The notes under the pieces are model-generated. The model did no database searches, had not been told where the DNA came from, and worked only from the letters and a program-made list of their open reading frames with translations. The position numbers and the translations under genes are program-made. A DNA stretch of 64,000 bases from positions 8,546 to 72,545 of the forward strand of contig CAVSLC010000015.1 of assembly GCA_963728565.1 (NCBI GenBank). Reading direction: 5' to 3'. Position 1 is the first letter of the stretch. Every line of letters starts with the position of its first letter. Shown here piece by piece: positions 20,876-30,457 of the stretch. The stretch comes from an uncultured delta proteobacterium. GTDB taxonomy: Bacteria; Desulfobacterota; Binatia; UBA9968.

Positions 20876-21157
20876 ATGCACTTGTTCCTGATCGTCGCAT
20901 TAGGGTTAGCGATTCTAACGGTCATCTTTGCACTGCAGAATCCTATTCCCGTTGGTGTGACTTTTTTTATTTGGAAATTTGAAGGCTCGTTGGCTCTAGT
21001 GCTGATATTAACATTTGCCCTGGGAGTTTTAGTGACTTTGTTGATATCGATCCCCGCTATAGTAAAAAGAAGATCGTCGACTTCACGTCAGACGAAGAAA
21101 ATAGAGGAGCTGGAGACTCGATCCCGCGAAAGGACCCCACCGCCCCCGTCACTATGA
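20876..21157 (+). CDS. LapA/DUF1049 family membrane protein
   Basis: FALQN..PV.V.F, two hydrophobic segments, basic tail; AGGAGG RBS. Confidence 0.8.
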   Translation: MHLFLIVALGLAILTVIFALQNPIPVGVTFFIWKFEGSLALVLILTFALGVLVTLLISIPAIVKRRSSTSRQTKKIEELETRSRERTPPPPSL

Positions 21158-21180
21158 CAGTTACGCTGCGGCAATAATAC

Positions 21181-21413
21181 ATCAGAGAGAAAGCAAACAT
21201 CTTAACTGGGTACCGCGCTTTGCTAGCGCACGGATGGAAAGAAAGGCTTGGTAATCTTGAGCTTCAAAAGGTCGTTCTGCGACCGTTCCTCGGTTGATCA
21301 CATGATAAACAAAACCAGCCTGTTGCGCATGCGGGATTCTCGGCAGGGCAGGGCTTTATCAAATAGACGCACGTGATCACAAACGAGAAAAGTAGCCTGT
21401 CCCCTTTAATCCC
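21181..21413 (-). mobile_element. RAYT family A 5'-end fragment
   Basis: Closely matches the other copies; ends aaaagtagcctgtcccctttaatccc. Confidence 0.85.
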
Positions 21414-21483
21414 GGTGGAAGTGATGGAGCCGGACGCGCGGCTTTGTTTTCCTTTGGACGGGCCATCGTTCATCTTAACGGGC

Positions 21484-22494
21484 TTATTCCCGTTTCTCCC
21501 ACCGTGCGATCAAGCCCAGCAAATCGCAGACGCGATTGGAGTATCCCCATTCATTGTCGTACCAACTGAGACACTTTAGATATCTACCGCCCGTAACGCT
21601 GGTAAATGCCGGGTCGAAAATAGAGGAGTGCGAATTCCCTATGACGTCGGATGATACGACGGGTGTTTCCATGAGTTGCAAAATGCCTTTCATCCGTTTC
21701 GAGTCCGCCGCGGATTTTATCGCGCCATGAACGTCCTCGGCACTAATACGTTTCTGGAGCTCGACGAACAAGTCGACCACGGAGCCATCGGGTACCGGTA
21801 CCCGCGCGGCGATTCCGTCCAGCCGTCCTTTCAATTCAGGCAAGACCTCGCCCACCGCCTTGGCCGCTCCGGTGGATGTCGGTATGATATTTTCCGCCGC
21901 GGCGCGGCTCCGCCGCCAATCCGAGTGCGGCACGTCGGCGAGGCGCTGATCGTTGGTGTAGGCGTGCACGGTATTGATGATTCCTTCCACGATACCGAAA
22001 GAATCGTGGAGCACCTTGGCCAGCGGCGCAAGACAATTCGTGGTGCAGCTCGCGTTAGAAATCATCCTGTGCTCGGGCTTGAGCCCGTCATCGTTGACGC
22101 CGATTACGACGGTATAATCGATCTCATCCTTCGCCGGAACGGTCAGCACCACTCGCTTGGCTCCCGCATCCAGATGCTTGGCAAGTTGTTCCCTGCTAGT
22201 GAATATTCCCGTCGATTCGATGACGACATCGATGTCGATCTCGCGCCAGGGCAGTTTGAGCGGGTCCTTTTCACGAAGCATGCGCGTCCGACCGTGCGAT
22301 GTCACCAGTTCATTGCCTTCGAGTCGCAGGGCGCCCTCAAAACGACCCATTACGGTGTCATAGTTGAGCAAGTATCGCAGCGCGTCATGGTCGAAGAGGT
22401 CATTGATCGCAACCAGTTCGGCGTCCGCCCGCTTATCGAGAATGCGGAACACAGAACGGCCGATTCGACCGAATCCATTAATGGCAACTCTCAT
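21484..22494 (-). CDS. gap: Type I glyceraldehyde-3-phosphate dehydrogenase
   Basis: INGFGRIGR, SNASCTTNCLAP, WYDNEWGYSNR. Confidence 0.95.
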   Translation of the reverse strand: MRVAINGFGRIGRSVFRILDKRADAELVAINDLFDHDALRYLLNYDTVMGRFEGALRLEGNELVTSHGRTRMLREKDPLKLPWREIDIDVVIESTGIFTSREQLAKHLDAGAKRVVLTVPAKDEIDYTVVIGVNDDGLKPEHRMISNASCTTNCLAPLAKVLHDSFGIVEGIINTVHAYTNDQRLADVPHSDWRRSRAAAENIIPTSTGAAKAVGEVLPELKGRLDGIAARVPVPDGSVVDLFVELQKRISAEDVHGAIKSAADSKRMKGILQLMETPVVSSDVIGNSHSSIFDPAFTSVTGGRYLKCLSWYDNEWGYSNRVCDLLGLIARWEKRE

Positions 22495-23510
22495 CGCCCA
22501 CCTCCGATCGTATCGAGGGTGCTGTAGTGCCGGACCACTTCGAGCACGCGGCACGCATGCCCCAGGCTCTCATACCAGGCCAGCACTTTGATTATTCTTT
22601 TTCCTGCTTTAATGGTGGCGAGCGAATCGAAGAGCAAGGATTGCCGGCAACCGATGACATCCGAAGAAACAATCGGATCATCGGTCACGCCGATCAACGT
22701 CGGATGATCGGCAGCGGCGGCGCGCATAGCTCCGCTCACTTGCTCGGCCGTGACGGTGCCAGCCTGCATGACGCAGTTAACATCGAGCAATGATCCGCGT
22801 TGGACCGGCACGTTAAGGGCGTAACCGCTCAACTTTCCCTCAAACTTGGGCAGAACAAGCTCCACCCATCGCGCGGACTCATTGTTGTTGGGGATGATAT
22901 TCTCCGCCGCGGACCGGCTGCGCCGGAAATCTTTGTGTGCATAATTCTGCAGCGACTGATCGCTACTATAGGCGTGGACCGTCGTCATCGATGCGCAGTC
23001 GACTCCTAAGGCCTGATCCAGAGATTGCAATAAAAGCGCAAATGCATTGGTGGTCGCGGAACCGGCCGAAATCATTTTGTCCGCGGCGGCGGCGCTCCCT
23101 TCATTGATTCCCGGTACTACGATACGGTCGATTGATTCCGCCGGCAGCGACGCCAGAATGACCCGCGGGGCACCGGCGCGCAGATGGGCCTCCATGTCCC
23201 GACGACTCTTATATCTGCCTGTGGCATCGACGACGCAGTGGACATCCAGAACATCCCATGGAACCTCCTCCGGCCGGACAAGCTGGAGCATTCTTGTGCG
23301 GAACTTCTCGTTGATCAGGTAATTGTCCTGGAGCTCGCAGGGCGCCTCGTCCACGCCGTCGCTATTGAGCAGATACTGAATGATTTCAGGTTTGCCGATA
23401 TCGGCCACCGCGACGATTTCGATATCATCTATTTCCCGCGCAAGGTGATACAGATGCCGCCCAATTTGGCCCAATCCCATAATGCCGATTCGGATTTTAC
23501 CATTACGCAT
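22491..23510 (-). CDS. GAPDH-like protein lacking the catalytic Cys
   Basis: GLGQIGR; SAGSATTNA in place of SNASCTTNC; VHAY; WYE. Confidence 0.88.
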   Translation of the reverse strand: MRNGKIRIGIMGLGQIGRHLYHLAREIDDIEIVAVADIGKPEIIQYLLNSDGVDEAPCELQDNYLINEKFRTRMLQLVRPEEVPWDVLDVHCVVDATGRYKSRRDMEAHLRAGAPRVILASLPAESIDRIVVPGINEGSAAAADKMISAGSATTNAFALLLQSLDQALGVDCASMTTVHAYSSDQSLQNYAHKDFRRSRSAAENIIPNNNESARWVELVLPKFEGKLSGYALNVPVQRGSLLDVNCVMQAGTVTAEQVSGAMRAAAADHPTLIGVTDDPIVSSDVIGCRQSLLFDSLATIKAGKRIIKVLAWYESLGHACRVLEVVRHYSTLDTIGGGR

Positions 23511-23632
23511 TTGGCCGCCTCCGTTTCCGCAAAATTAAGCGCTCGAAGTTGGCGTTATCCATAGCCGAGAACTCTAACAACCGATCAACCAAAAGAAAAT
23601 GCTTTTCTGAGGAAATCGTCAAACTGGAGGTG

Positions 23633-23950
23633 TAAAGGGGAGAGGCTACTTTTTATCTACTTCCTCATTTCGCTGAGACTGGTGATGCGAAGCTTCAATC
23701 AGAAAGTGCAAGTGATTCGGCATCAGAGCGAAAGCAAACATCTTAACTGGGTGCCGCGCTTTGCTAGCGCGAGGATGGAAAGAAAGACTTGGTAATCTTG
23801 AGCTTTATCAGAGATAGTTGCACGACCGTTACCTCGATTGATCACATGATAAATGAAACCAGCCTGTTGCGCACGTCGGCATGGCAGGGCTTTCATACAG
23901 GCGAACGTGATCACAGACGATGAAAGTAGCCTATCCCCTTTAATCCCCCC
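23633..23950 (-). mobile_element. RAYT family A miniature element (both ends, internal deletion)
   Basis: taaaggggagaggctactttt ... aagtagcctatcccctttaa. Confidence 0.85.
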
Positions 23951-24170
23951 GATTTGAACATGGTTCGCGCCCGAGTGGTTACGCATCCCTGTGATTGGAC
24001 ACACAGCGGCGCATCGCGAAGTCATTGAAAGTGGCGGTACATATGAGCTCCGGGAGCAGACTCAAAGTTATGGGTCCAATTTCGGCGGTTAAATGAGGTG
24101 CTAAGCTTGGATATACTAGCTTCTGGAACGAAGATTTAAACCTAGTGCAACTTAGGCTTGGTCCGACCCC
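23951..24170 (+). mobile_element. RAYT family C deleted fragment with an intact cttggtccgacccc end
   Basis: Matches 26399-26451 joined to ~26687-26850. Confidence 0.75.
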
Positions 24171-24289
24171 GGACTTCTAGTTTCACCCGGTAGGGTCGCA
24201 GGCTACTGCAGTAGAGCCGGCGGAGTATATGGGCGCGGCAAAATCCTTTTGAGCTGCCAAGAGCCCCGTACGGCAAACTTCAGGGTGAA

Positions 24290-25759
24290 TTACCGTATGA
24301 ACCCTAACAGTCTCCAATAAGGAACACTGACGCCTAACGCTAAAAAGTTCGCAGCGCATCGTACCACCATGAGTTTCCGAGCTTGCGCATGTGAAAACGC
24401 ATTGCCGTCTGTACTGTAAAAGGCGATTTGATAAGCATCGTTCTGAGATAGAAGAAACCAGCTCTCATTTGCCATAAGGATGGTGATTAGAAGAATTCCG
24501 GGATGCACCCCCAGCTCCTGCCCCCAAGAACTTAGCCCGAGAGTGGATAAGAGAATAACGGTTGGTGTTTTACCGAGAAAGAAACGAATGAAGTACACGG
24601 CTACTGAAACAACCGTCAGAAAAGCCAAAGGACCCAACGCCACATAAGAAAAGTATGGACCGATAGATGCCATGAGCCACTGATCGATTTTTAGATGACG
24701 CATGATGCCGTCGAAACTCGAAATCACACCTAAGAAAAAGAGGAAACCCCAATCTATTCTGGCTTTGAAATCGTCTTTTTCGAGTACTCTGGTTAGAAGG
24801 AAAACTGAGAGCGCGCCCAACGCAACCCATGTCTCGCTCAATCCATGCATTGGCTTTGATAACCACCCGACAAGCGCGAACATCAGTATTCCGAGACTAA
24901 GCCGTTCATTACGGGTTAATGATTTCGGCCTATCGAGAGGATGATCTGGTTGTTTCACTTGGCTAGACCGTGAAATGACTTCGGTCGGGAACAGGTAGTG
25001 TACTCCGAGGAGTAGGCATCCCAGTGTAACGACTCCCGCCGGAAGCGCGGCCACAGCCCAAGTCGTCCAGCCAAAATCCAATTTGGCTGCTTGCGGAAGT
25101 AAGTTCCATCCGATCAAGCAGGAGGTCGCTCCTGTAAGGAACATAAATGCACATTGGGTAAAACCGACATACGCTGAGAGGCCTATTCCCGCCGAGCCGT
25201 TCGAGCGCCTTTCAAATCCCATTGTTTCCGAGATCGTTCTACTGAGAGGTGCTGCTATCGCCATACGAGCCTTACTCGTTGGCATCACCGGGGTAACTAT
25301 GAGACCAGATATGGTGAGTAACCAGGTGTACATCCGGTAATTAGGCGAGATCCGGCGCAGAGTTTCTAAAGCTATACTATGAAACAGCCCAGATTTGTTG
25401 ACGGCAACAGCGATCCCAAGAACTGCAACAACAAAGCACCATGACGTCTTGGAGAACCCGGCCAGCGCTACTTCTGAGGGCACGGCATCCGAAACTACCC
25501 AAAAAAGCAACATCAATATGCCGACAAGATACTCGTCGTATACGTTGAACATGAGAAGCAGCGTTCCGGCGGTAAGACTACCGAGAAAATAGAGTCCGCT
25601 CGCATCCAGGAGGGCGGGGGTCGGAAGCTGCATGACTAGCCAACCCATCGTCAAAGCGATCATCAGGCCAATAAGTTTTCCATCAAATATCTGCGCCGCG
25701 TTCCGTGCTGACCACAACGAGTCCGTTATCGGCTGGAGAGTCTGGCTGCGATTCATCAA
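24290..25759 (-). CDS. SLC13/DASS family anion transporter
   Basis: Many hydrophobic segments; LAGFS, PTSKAR, FLTG, IDWGFL, PYWRLLGFI. Confidence 0.85.
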   Translation of the reverse strand: MMNRSQTLQPITDSLWSARNAAQIFDGKLIGLMIALTMGWLVMQLPTPALLDASGLYFLGSLTAGTLLLMFNVYDEYLVGILMLLFWVVSDAVPSEVALAGFSKTSWCFVVAVLGIAVAVNKSGLFHSIALETLRRISPNYRMYTWLLTISGLIVTPVMPTSKARMAIAAPLSRTISETMGFERRSNGSAGIGLSAYVGFTQCAFMFLTGATSCLIGWNLLPQAAKLDFGWTTWAVAALPAGVVTLGCLLLGVHYLFPTEVISRSSQVKQPDHPLDRPKSLTRNERLSLGILMFALVGWLSKPMHGLSETWVALGALSVFLLTRVLEKDDFKARIDWGFLFFLGVISSFDGIMRHLKIDQWLMASIGPYFSYVALGPLAFLTVVSVAVYFIRFFLGKTPTVILLSTLGLSSWGQELGVHPGILLITILMANESWFLLSQNDAYQIAFYSTDGNAFSHAQARKLMVVRCAANFLALGVSVPYWRLLGFIR

Positions 25760-26314
25760 CGAACCACGTCAAATGCTAGGCCGCACTGCGAAGGTGTTTC
25801 TTCGGCATTTGACAACTGTTCAAAGAGAATTTTAGTCATCGCTTCAATAACAATTTGTCCGCCCATTATATCTTTCCGGCTTTCTAAGCTTGAGTAGCCA
25901 TTCATGTTAACATCTCTTCAGTGACAAAACCCTTTCCTTCACAACGAGCTACGTCTTCCGGTTCCCCCGGATGACACCCGCGCTACGTAGAAACGTTCTC
26001 CTATAGCTGCATCTTGTTTCGGATCAGGCGGGAACTGCCAACCAAAACAGATAAGGCAAAGCCGATGCCGTTTACTGATCGGAGTTTTAACCGTTTGTCG
26101 GTAAACCGTGGCACTGCTGGGGTGACGATAAATGCCAAAAGTGACTGTCGCTGCACAAAAGCGTCGTCTGATTTTCTACTCGGCACGTTGGGAAGCTGAG
26201 AAACCGCACTGACTCAAGAGTAACATCGATGGAGGGAGGTGGGCCGGTTAGCGCTTATGGCGGATATTTCCAACATAAATACCAAACTGCATCAACCCAG
26301 CAATCCTGAGATGT

Positions 26315-26850
26315 TTCGTCACGGCGCATTTTGGAGACCGCTATCATGCCACGGCCATCGAGATTAACGAGCAACTTCAACATTGTCTCGTTTACATCGA
26401 TTTGAATATAGTTCGCGCCGGAGTCGTTACGCATCCCTGTAATTGGACACACGCGGGTTATCGAGAGATGCAGAAACCCCCCGAAGCGCTACGGGATTAT
26501 CGATCTACCGGAGTTAAGTTCGCTATGTGGATTCGGCGACGTTGCAACATTTCAGCAAGCACATCGTCGGTGGGTAGATGATTCACTCGCGCGCGAGGCG
26601 ATGGCAAGAGAAGGTGCGTGGTCAGAAGCGATTGCGGTCGGCAATTTGAATTTTGTTGATAAGGTGCAGAACGAACTCGGATACAAAGCGGCACACCGCG
26701 AAGTCATTGAAAGTGGCGGTACATATGAGCTCCGGGAGCAGACTGAAAGTTATGGGTCCAATTTTAGCGGTCAAAATGAGGTGCTAAGCTCGGAGAACAC
26801 TAGATTTTGGAACGAAAGTTCCGAAGTTACTGCAACTTAGCTTGGTCCGA
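26315..26850 (+). pseudogene. RAYT family C transposase, 3' half
   Basis: AFW..RYHATAIE, CLVYIDLNIVRAGVVTHP..W, WSEAIAVG. Confidence 0.8.
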
Positions 26851-26928
26851 TAATCATCTAGCAGGCTCCTTCGATAGGCCGTAACGTGCGGGGACATCAA
26901 CCCACACCCGCTCAAAGGAGGAAGCGAG

Positions 26929-27945
26929 ATGAAATTGTACGGAGCTATTGATTTGCATTCCAACAACAACGTGACGGTGGTGATCAACGAGCAAGATCAA
27001 GTGTTGTATCAGAAGCGCTTGCCCAACGATCTTTCGTTGATCGCGCAGCAACTCTCGAGCTATCGCAGATCGCTACAGGGAATCGTGGTGGAGTCTACCT
27101 ATAACTGGTACTGGCTGGTCGATGGACTGATGGAGAAGGGCCATCAAGTTCATCTGGCCAACACCGCGGCGATCCAGCAATACAATGGGCTGAAGTACAC
27201 CGATGACCACAGCGACGCGCGGTGGCTGGCCCATCTGCTGCGGCTAGGGGTCTTACCCGAGGGCTACATTTATCCCAAGGAAGAGCGAGCGGTGCGTGAT
27301 TTGTTGCGCAAGCGCGGCCAGCTCGTGCATCAGAGGACGGCTAATCTTCTCAGTATCCAGAGTCTAATCAGCCGGACCACGGGAAACTCGATCGGCACCC
27401 AGTACATCAAAGCGCTCAATATCGAACATCTGGATGGAGTCTTACCTAACCCGGATCACATCCTTGCACTCAAAGCCAATCTGGCAGTCATGAAAAGCGC
27501 TGATGCCCAGATCGAGATCTTGGAAAAAGCCGTCCAGGACCGAGTCAAGCTACGACCTCAGTTCGGATTTCTAAAGACGGTACCCGGAATCGGGCCGATC
27601 CTGGCGCTGACGATCATGCTCGAGACCGGAGAGATCGAGAGATTTGCCTGTGTCGGCAATTACGCTTCGTACTGTCGCTGTGTGGGGAGCCAGAAGATCA
27701 GCAACGGCAAACGTAAAGGAATCGGCAATACCAAAAACGGCAACAAGTATTTGGCCTGGGCGTTTGTAGAGGCTGCCAATTTTGCGATCCGGTTTAATTC
27801 GAAGATCAAAGGCTTCTATCAGAAAAAGAAATCTAAGAGCAATGGGATTGTGGCAATCAAAGCGGTGGCCCACAAGCTCTGCCGGGCTTGCTACTACATT
27901 ATCAAAGATCAGGTGGCTTTTGATCTCACCAAAGCGTTTGCTTAG
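26929..27945 (+). CDS. IS110 transposase/recombinase, intact
   Basis: AIDLH, VVEST, TDDHSDA, VPGIG, SNG, NKYLAWAFVEAA. Confidence 0.93.
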   Translation: MKLYGAIDLHSNNNVTVVINEQDQVLYQKRLPNDLSLIAQQLSSYRRSLQGIVVESTYNWYWLVDGLMEKGHQVHLANTAAIQQYNGLKYTDDHSDARWLAHLLRLGVLPEGYIYPKEERAVRDLLRKRGQLVHQRTANLLSIQSLISRTTGNSIGTQYIKALNIEHLDGVLPNPDHILALKANLAVMKSADAQIEILEKAVQDRVKLRPQFGFLKTVPGIGPILALTIMLETGEIERFACVGNYASYCRCVGSQKISNGKRKGIGNTKNGNKYLAWAFVEAANFAIRFNSKIKGFYQKKKSKSNGIVAIKAVAHKLCRACYYIIKDQVAFDLTKAFA

Positions 27946-27959
27946 CAGATCGATTTAAC

Positions 27960-28320
27960 GGTTGGGATGGGATAGTGAGCCTTGGCTGGGGTTGGCTTAG
28001 AACCACATGGTCCGATTTGGCGGCTCTCCCGTCCCTGATCATATGGACAACTCGGCGGTGCTGTGATTCGATGGACGCCCACGCCGTGAGCCACAATAGG
28101 GTTGGCCCCCAACAGGGAGAGCCACAGGATCTGTGATCCTATAACCTTGGACGCGGCGTGGTACCGATAGTTTTCTGGGGCAATTAAGATTGCCAGGGGC
28201 GCGAGATCGCTGCCCGAGAGGACAGCTCTCAAAGCCTTGAACCTGATGGGTGACTGGTGCGTACCTACGGTCCGACACCAACTGATTGAAAACAGGGGCG
28301 CGTCAATCAGGGATCACATA
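27960..28320 (+). ncRNA. Putative bridge/seek RNA of IS110 element 2
   Basis: Stem gggatggga/tcccgtccc plus gagcc/ggctc enclosing ggggttgg and tggtccga, both matching the target; further hairpins downstream. Confidence 0.65.
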
Positions 28321-28582
28321 GTCGGCGAGGGTTCAAAAAGGGAATAAGAAAAATTCTCACAGGAACGTCTGTGCCTCTTGACCTGCCTGCTAATGGGCGA
28401 CCCAACGCTTTGTACGCAAAACTGACTTTCACCATGGGCTGCTAAACGTGGAGAGCCTCGAACAAACGCTTGGGGGAGACTCAGAGAGAAGCCGCCCATT
28501 GAAAAGTAGGCCGTTTGGCTTTCCCCATCAGAGTGGCGTGGGATCTGATGGGGAAAGCCGCGACCAGAACACTCGACAATCG

Positions 28583-29914
28583 CTAAAACCGAGCATTGGC
28601 CCAGTTGGCGACATAGTTCCACGTATTGAGCAGCACGTTAACATAAGGGCCCGTACCGTGGTAAGCAGCGCATTCATTGCAGTTCCCGCCGCCGTGGGTC
28701 GCCCCCTCCACGACGATAAACTCCTTATTGATGGCGGCCGCATTCTCGAAGATCTCCTCGCCATCACGAATGAAATAGTGGCCTTGGTGCGCCAAAACCA
28801 GGGTGGGCACCGAGATCACCCGAACCGCGCAGACCGTAGAGTTATTGGTCGAGCACCAATCCAGGTCATCAAGCGCATGGTGAGAGCGGATTGCATTGGC
28901 ACTTAAGAATGATGTGATTGTGAATTCCTCGGGGCTGTTTTCATCGTCGTCCTTGATATCTGGAGTAGGAACTCTGACGGTACGAATGATCTGCGGGGCC
29001 GAGAGCTCCCCGGTCGCGTCCTGTAGAAGTTTCGTTGGATTCAGCGTGCAGCAGTGAACCTGGGTGGTAAGTTGCACCAAACGCGCGTTGACGCGGTTAA
29101 GAACAAATGCGTCATCAGCCGGGTCATGCAACCCAAGCTCCATTTTGCGCCTGATTGTTAGAGCATCCCTAATCAGATTGTTCATACGTCTTGACTGCGC
29201 AAGAGAGTATTTGTCGACAAAATGATCCGAGTAGGTTGAATCGCCATCCGGTTCGTGGTCTGGCGGGAGGCCGTTGTAGCCGTTTGCCGGGTCGAAAGGG
29301 TCGAGCGTTTTATTGATCGCAGGACCGAATGGTTGGTTTTCATTGACGACAGATGCGTTAACCGAACGCAGCCCATTGACCCCGACTCCCGGATGCGCGT
29401 CAGTAAAAACGATTCCGTTAGCTCTATCCGCAGCGTTGAAATCTGTGTCTGTAAAAGGGCACTCAGTAATTTTCTTAGGCCCCTGGCAGTAAGATGGGCC
29501 ATTTTCCGCTAACGCCTGGTAGTAGGACGTGCTCGGACCACCCCCACTGCGCCCAACTAGAATGACGCTTGTGTGTCCTTTGCTTCTTAGGAATCGCACT
29601 CCATTCCGTATATCGAGAGCGATTAGCTCGAAGTTGACGGCGGCTTCGCTATTGCCGAACCTAGTTCTGATACCAAGAGTGCCAAAGCCTCGATTTGCCA
29701 ACTCCACAGATGACTGATGGTTTCGATAGTCATTGGTGCGATGGATAGAAAGGAACGCGATGCGAGGCACTGGCCCCACCGCTGGAACCCGATAACGGCC
29801 AAGCGCGCCGTCACCCAAATTAACTTCTTCGATAGTTACCTGGGCAGAAGCGTTGGTCATTCCGAGAACTATGCCCAAACCAACGATGAATGACAAAATC
29901 TTTAATCTTACCAT
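28583..29914 (-). CDS. Secreted alpha/beta hydrolase fold protein
   Basis: Signal peptide; GRSGGG nucleophile elbow; EGATH. Confidence 0.75.
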   Translation of the reverse strand: MVRLKILSFIVGLGIVLGMTNASAQVTIEEVNLGDGALGRYRVPAVGPVPRIAFLSIHRTNDYRNHQSSVELANRGFGTLGIRTRFGNSEAAVNFELIALDIRNGVRFLRSKGHTSVILVGRSGGGPSTSYYQALAENGPSYCQGPKKITECPFTDTDFNAADRANGIVFTDAHPGVGVNGLRSVNASVVNENQPFGPAINKTLDPFDPANGYNGLPPDHEPDGDSTYSDHFVDKYSLAQSRRMNNLIRDALTIRRKMELGLHDPADDAFVLNRVNARLVQLTTQVHCCTLNPTKLLQDATGELSAPQIIRTVRVPTPDIKDDDENSPEEFTITSFLSANAIRSHHALDDLDWCSTNNSTVCAVRVISVPTLVLAHQGHYFIRDGEEIFENAAAINKEFIVVEGATHGGGNCNECAAYHGTGPYVNVLLNTWNYVANWANARF

Positions 29915-30184
29915 AGAAACCTCCCTTGACTCTGTATGCCACTCTTAATACGCCACCACCGTTACCGTCAAATTCTTTTTATGAAAGCAGCCATTTGATT
30001 TTTTAATGCCTGCACGGGGGAATCAAAAGCCTGAGATTTCCGCAAATCGAACCAACATCAATGGCGAGGAAAAGCACTCTTAAGCCGCAGTTTGTTCAAC
30101 ACCAAACCATTACGCTAGAGATTTCAACATGAACTTTTCGCAACCTTAAAACTGGTCGCCGACACTTACACGGCTCAAGAGCCA

Positions 30185-30457
30185 TTGCATGAATCGGCTC
30201 AGAGACTGGTGATGCGAAGCTTCAATTACAAAGTGAAAGTGATTCGGCATCAGAGCGAAGCAAACCTTAACTGGGTGCCGCGCTTTGCTAGCGCGAGGAT
30301 GGAAAGAAAGGCTTGGTAATCTTGAGCTTTATGAAAGATAGTTGCGCCGACCGACCGTGATTGATCACATGATAAACAAAACCAGCCTGTTGCGCGCGCG
30401 GATTCTCGGCATGACAGGGGCTTTATCATATAGGCGAACGGGATCACAAACGATGAA
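30185..30457 (-). mobile_element. RAYT family A 5' fragment
   Basis: ATIFHKAQDYQAFLSILALAK; closely matches the other copies. Confidence 0.85.

Larger units (their letters stand above)
26851..28400 (+). mobile_element. IS110 family (IS1111-type) element 2
   Basis: Sub-terminal inverted repeat tagcaggc (26859) / gcctgcta (28385); CGA core at both junctions; empty site at 24157-24170. Confidence 0.85.

Noticed and set aside
21484-25759. GAPDH-ArsJ arsenate resistance module
   Set aside because: No ars genes; the nearby transporter is DASS-type, not MFS ArsJ, and is separated by repeats.
7151-30457. Repeats read as a CRISPR array or integron attC sites
   Set aside because: Units are 140-740 bp transposase fragments at irregular kb spacing; no cas or intI gene and no attC-type ends were seen.
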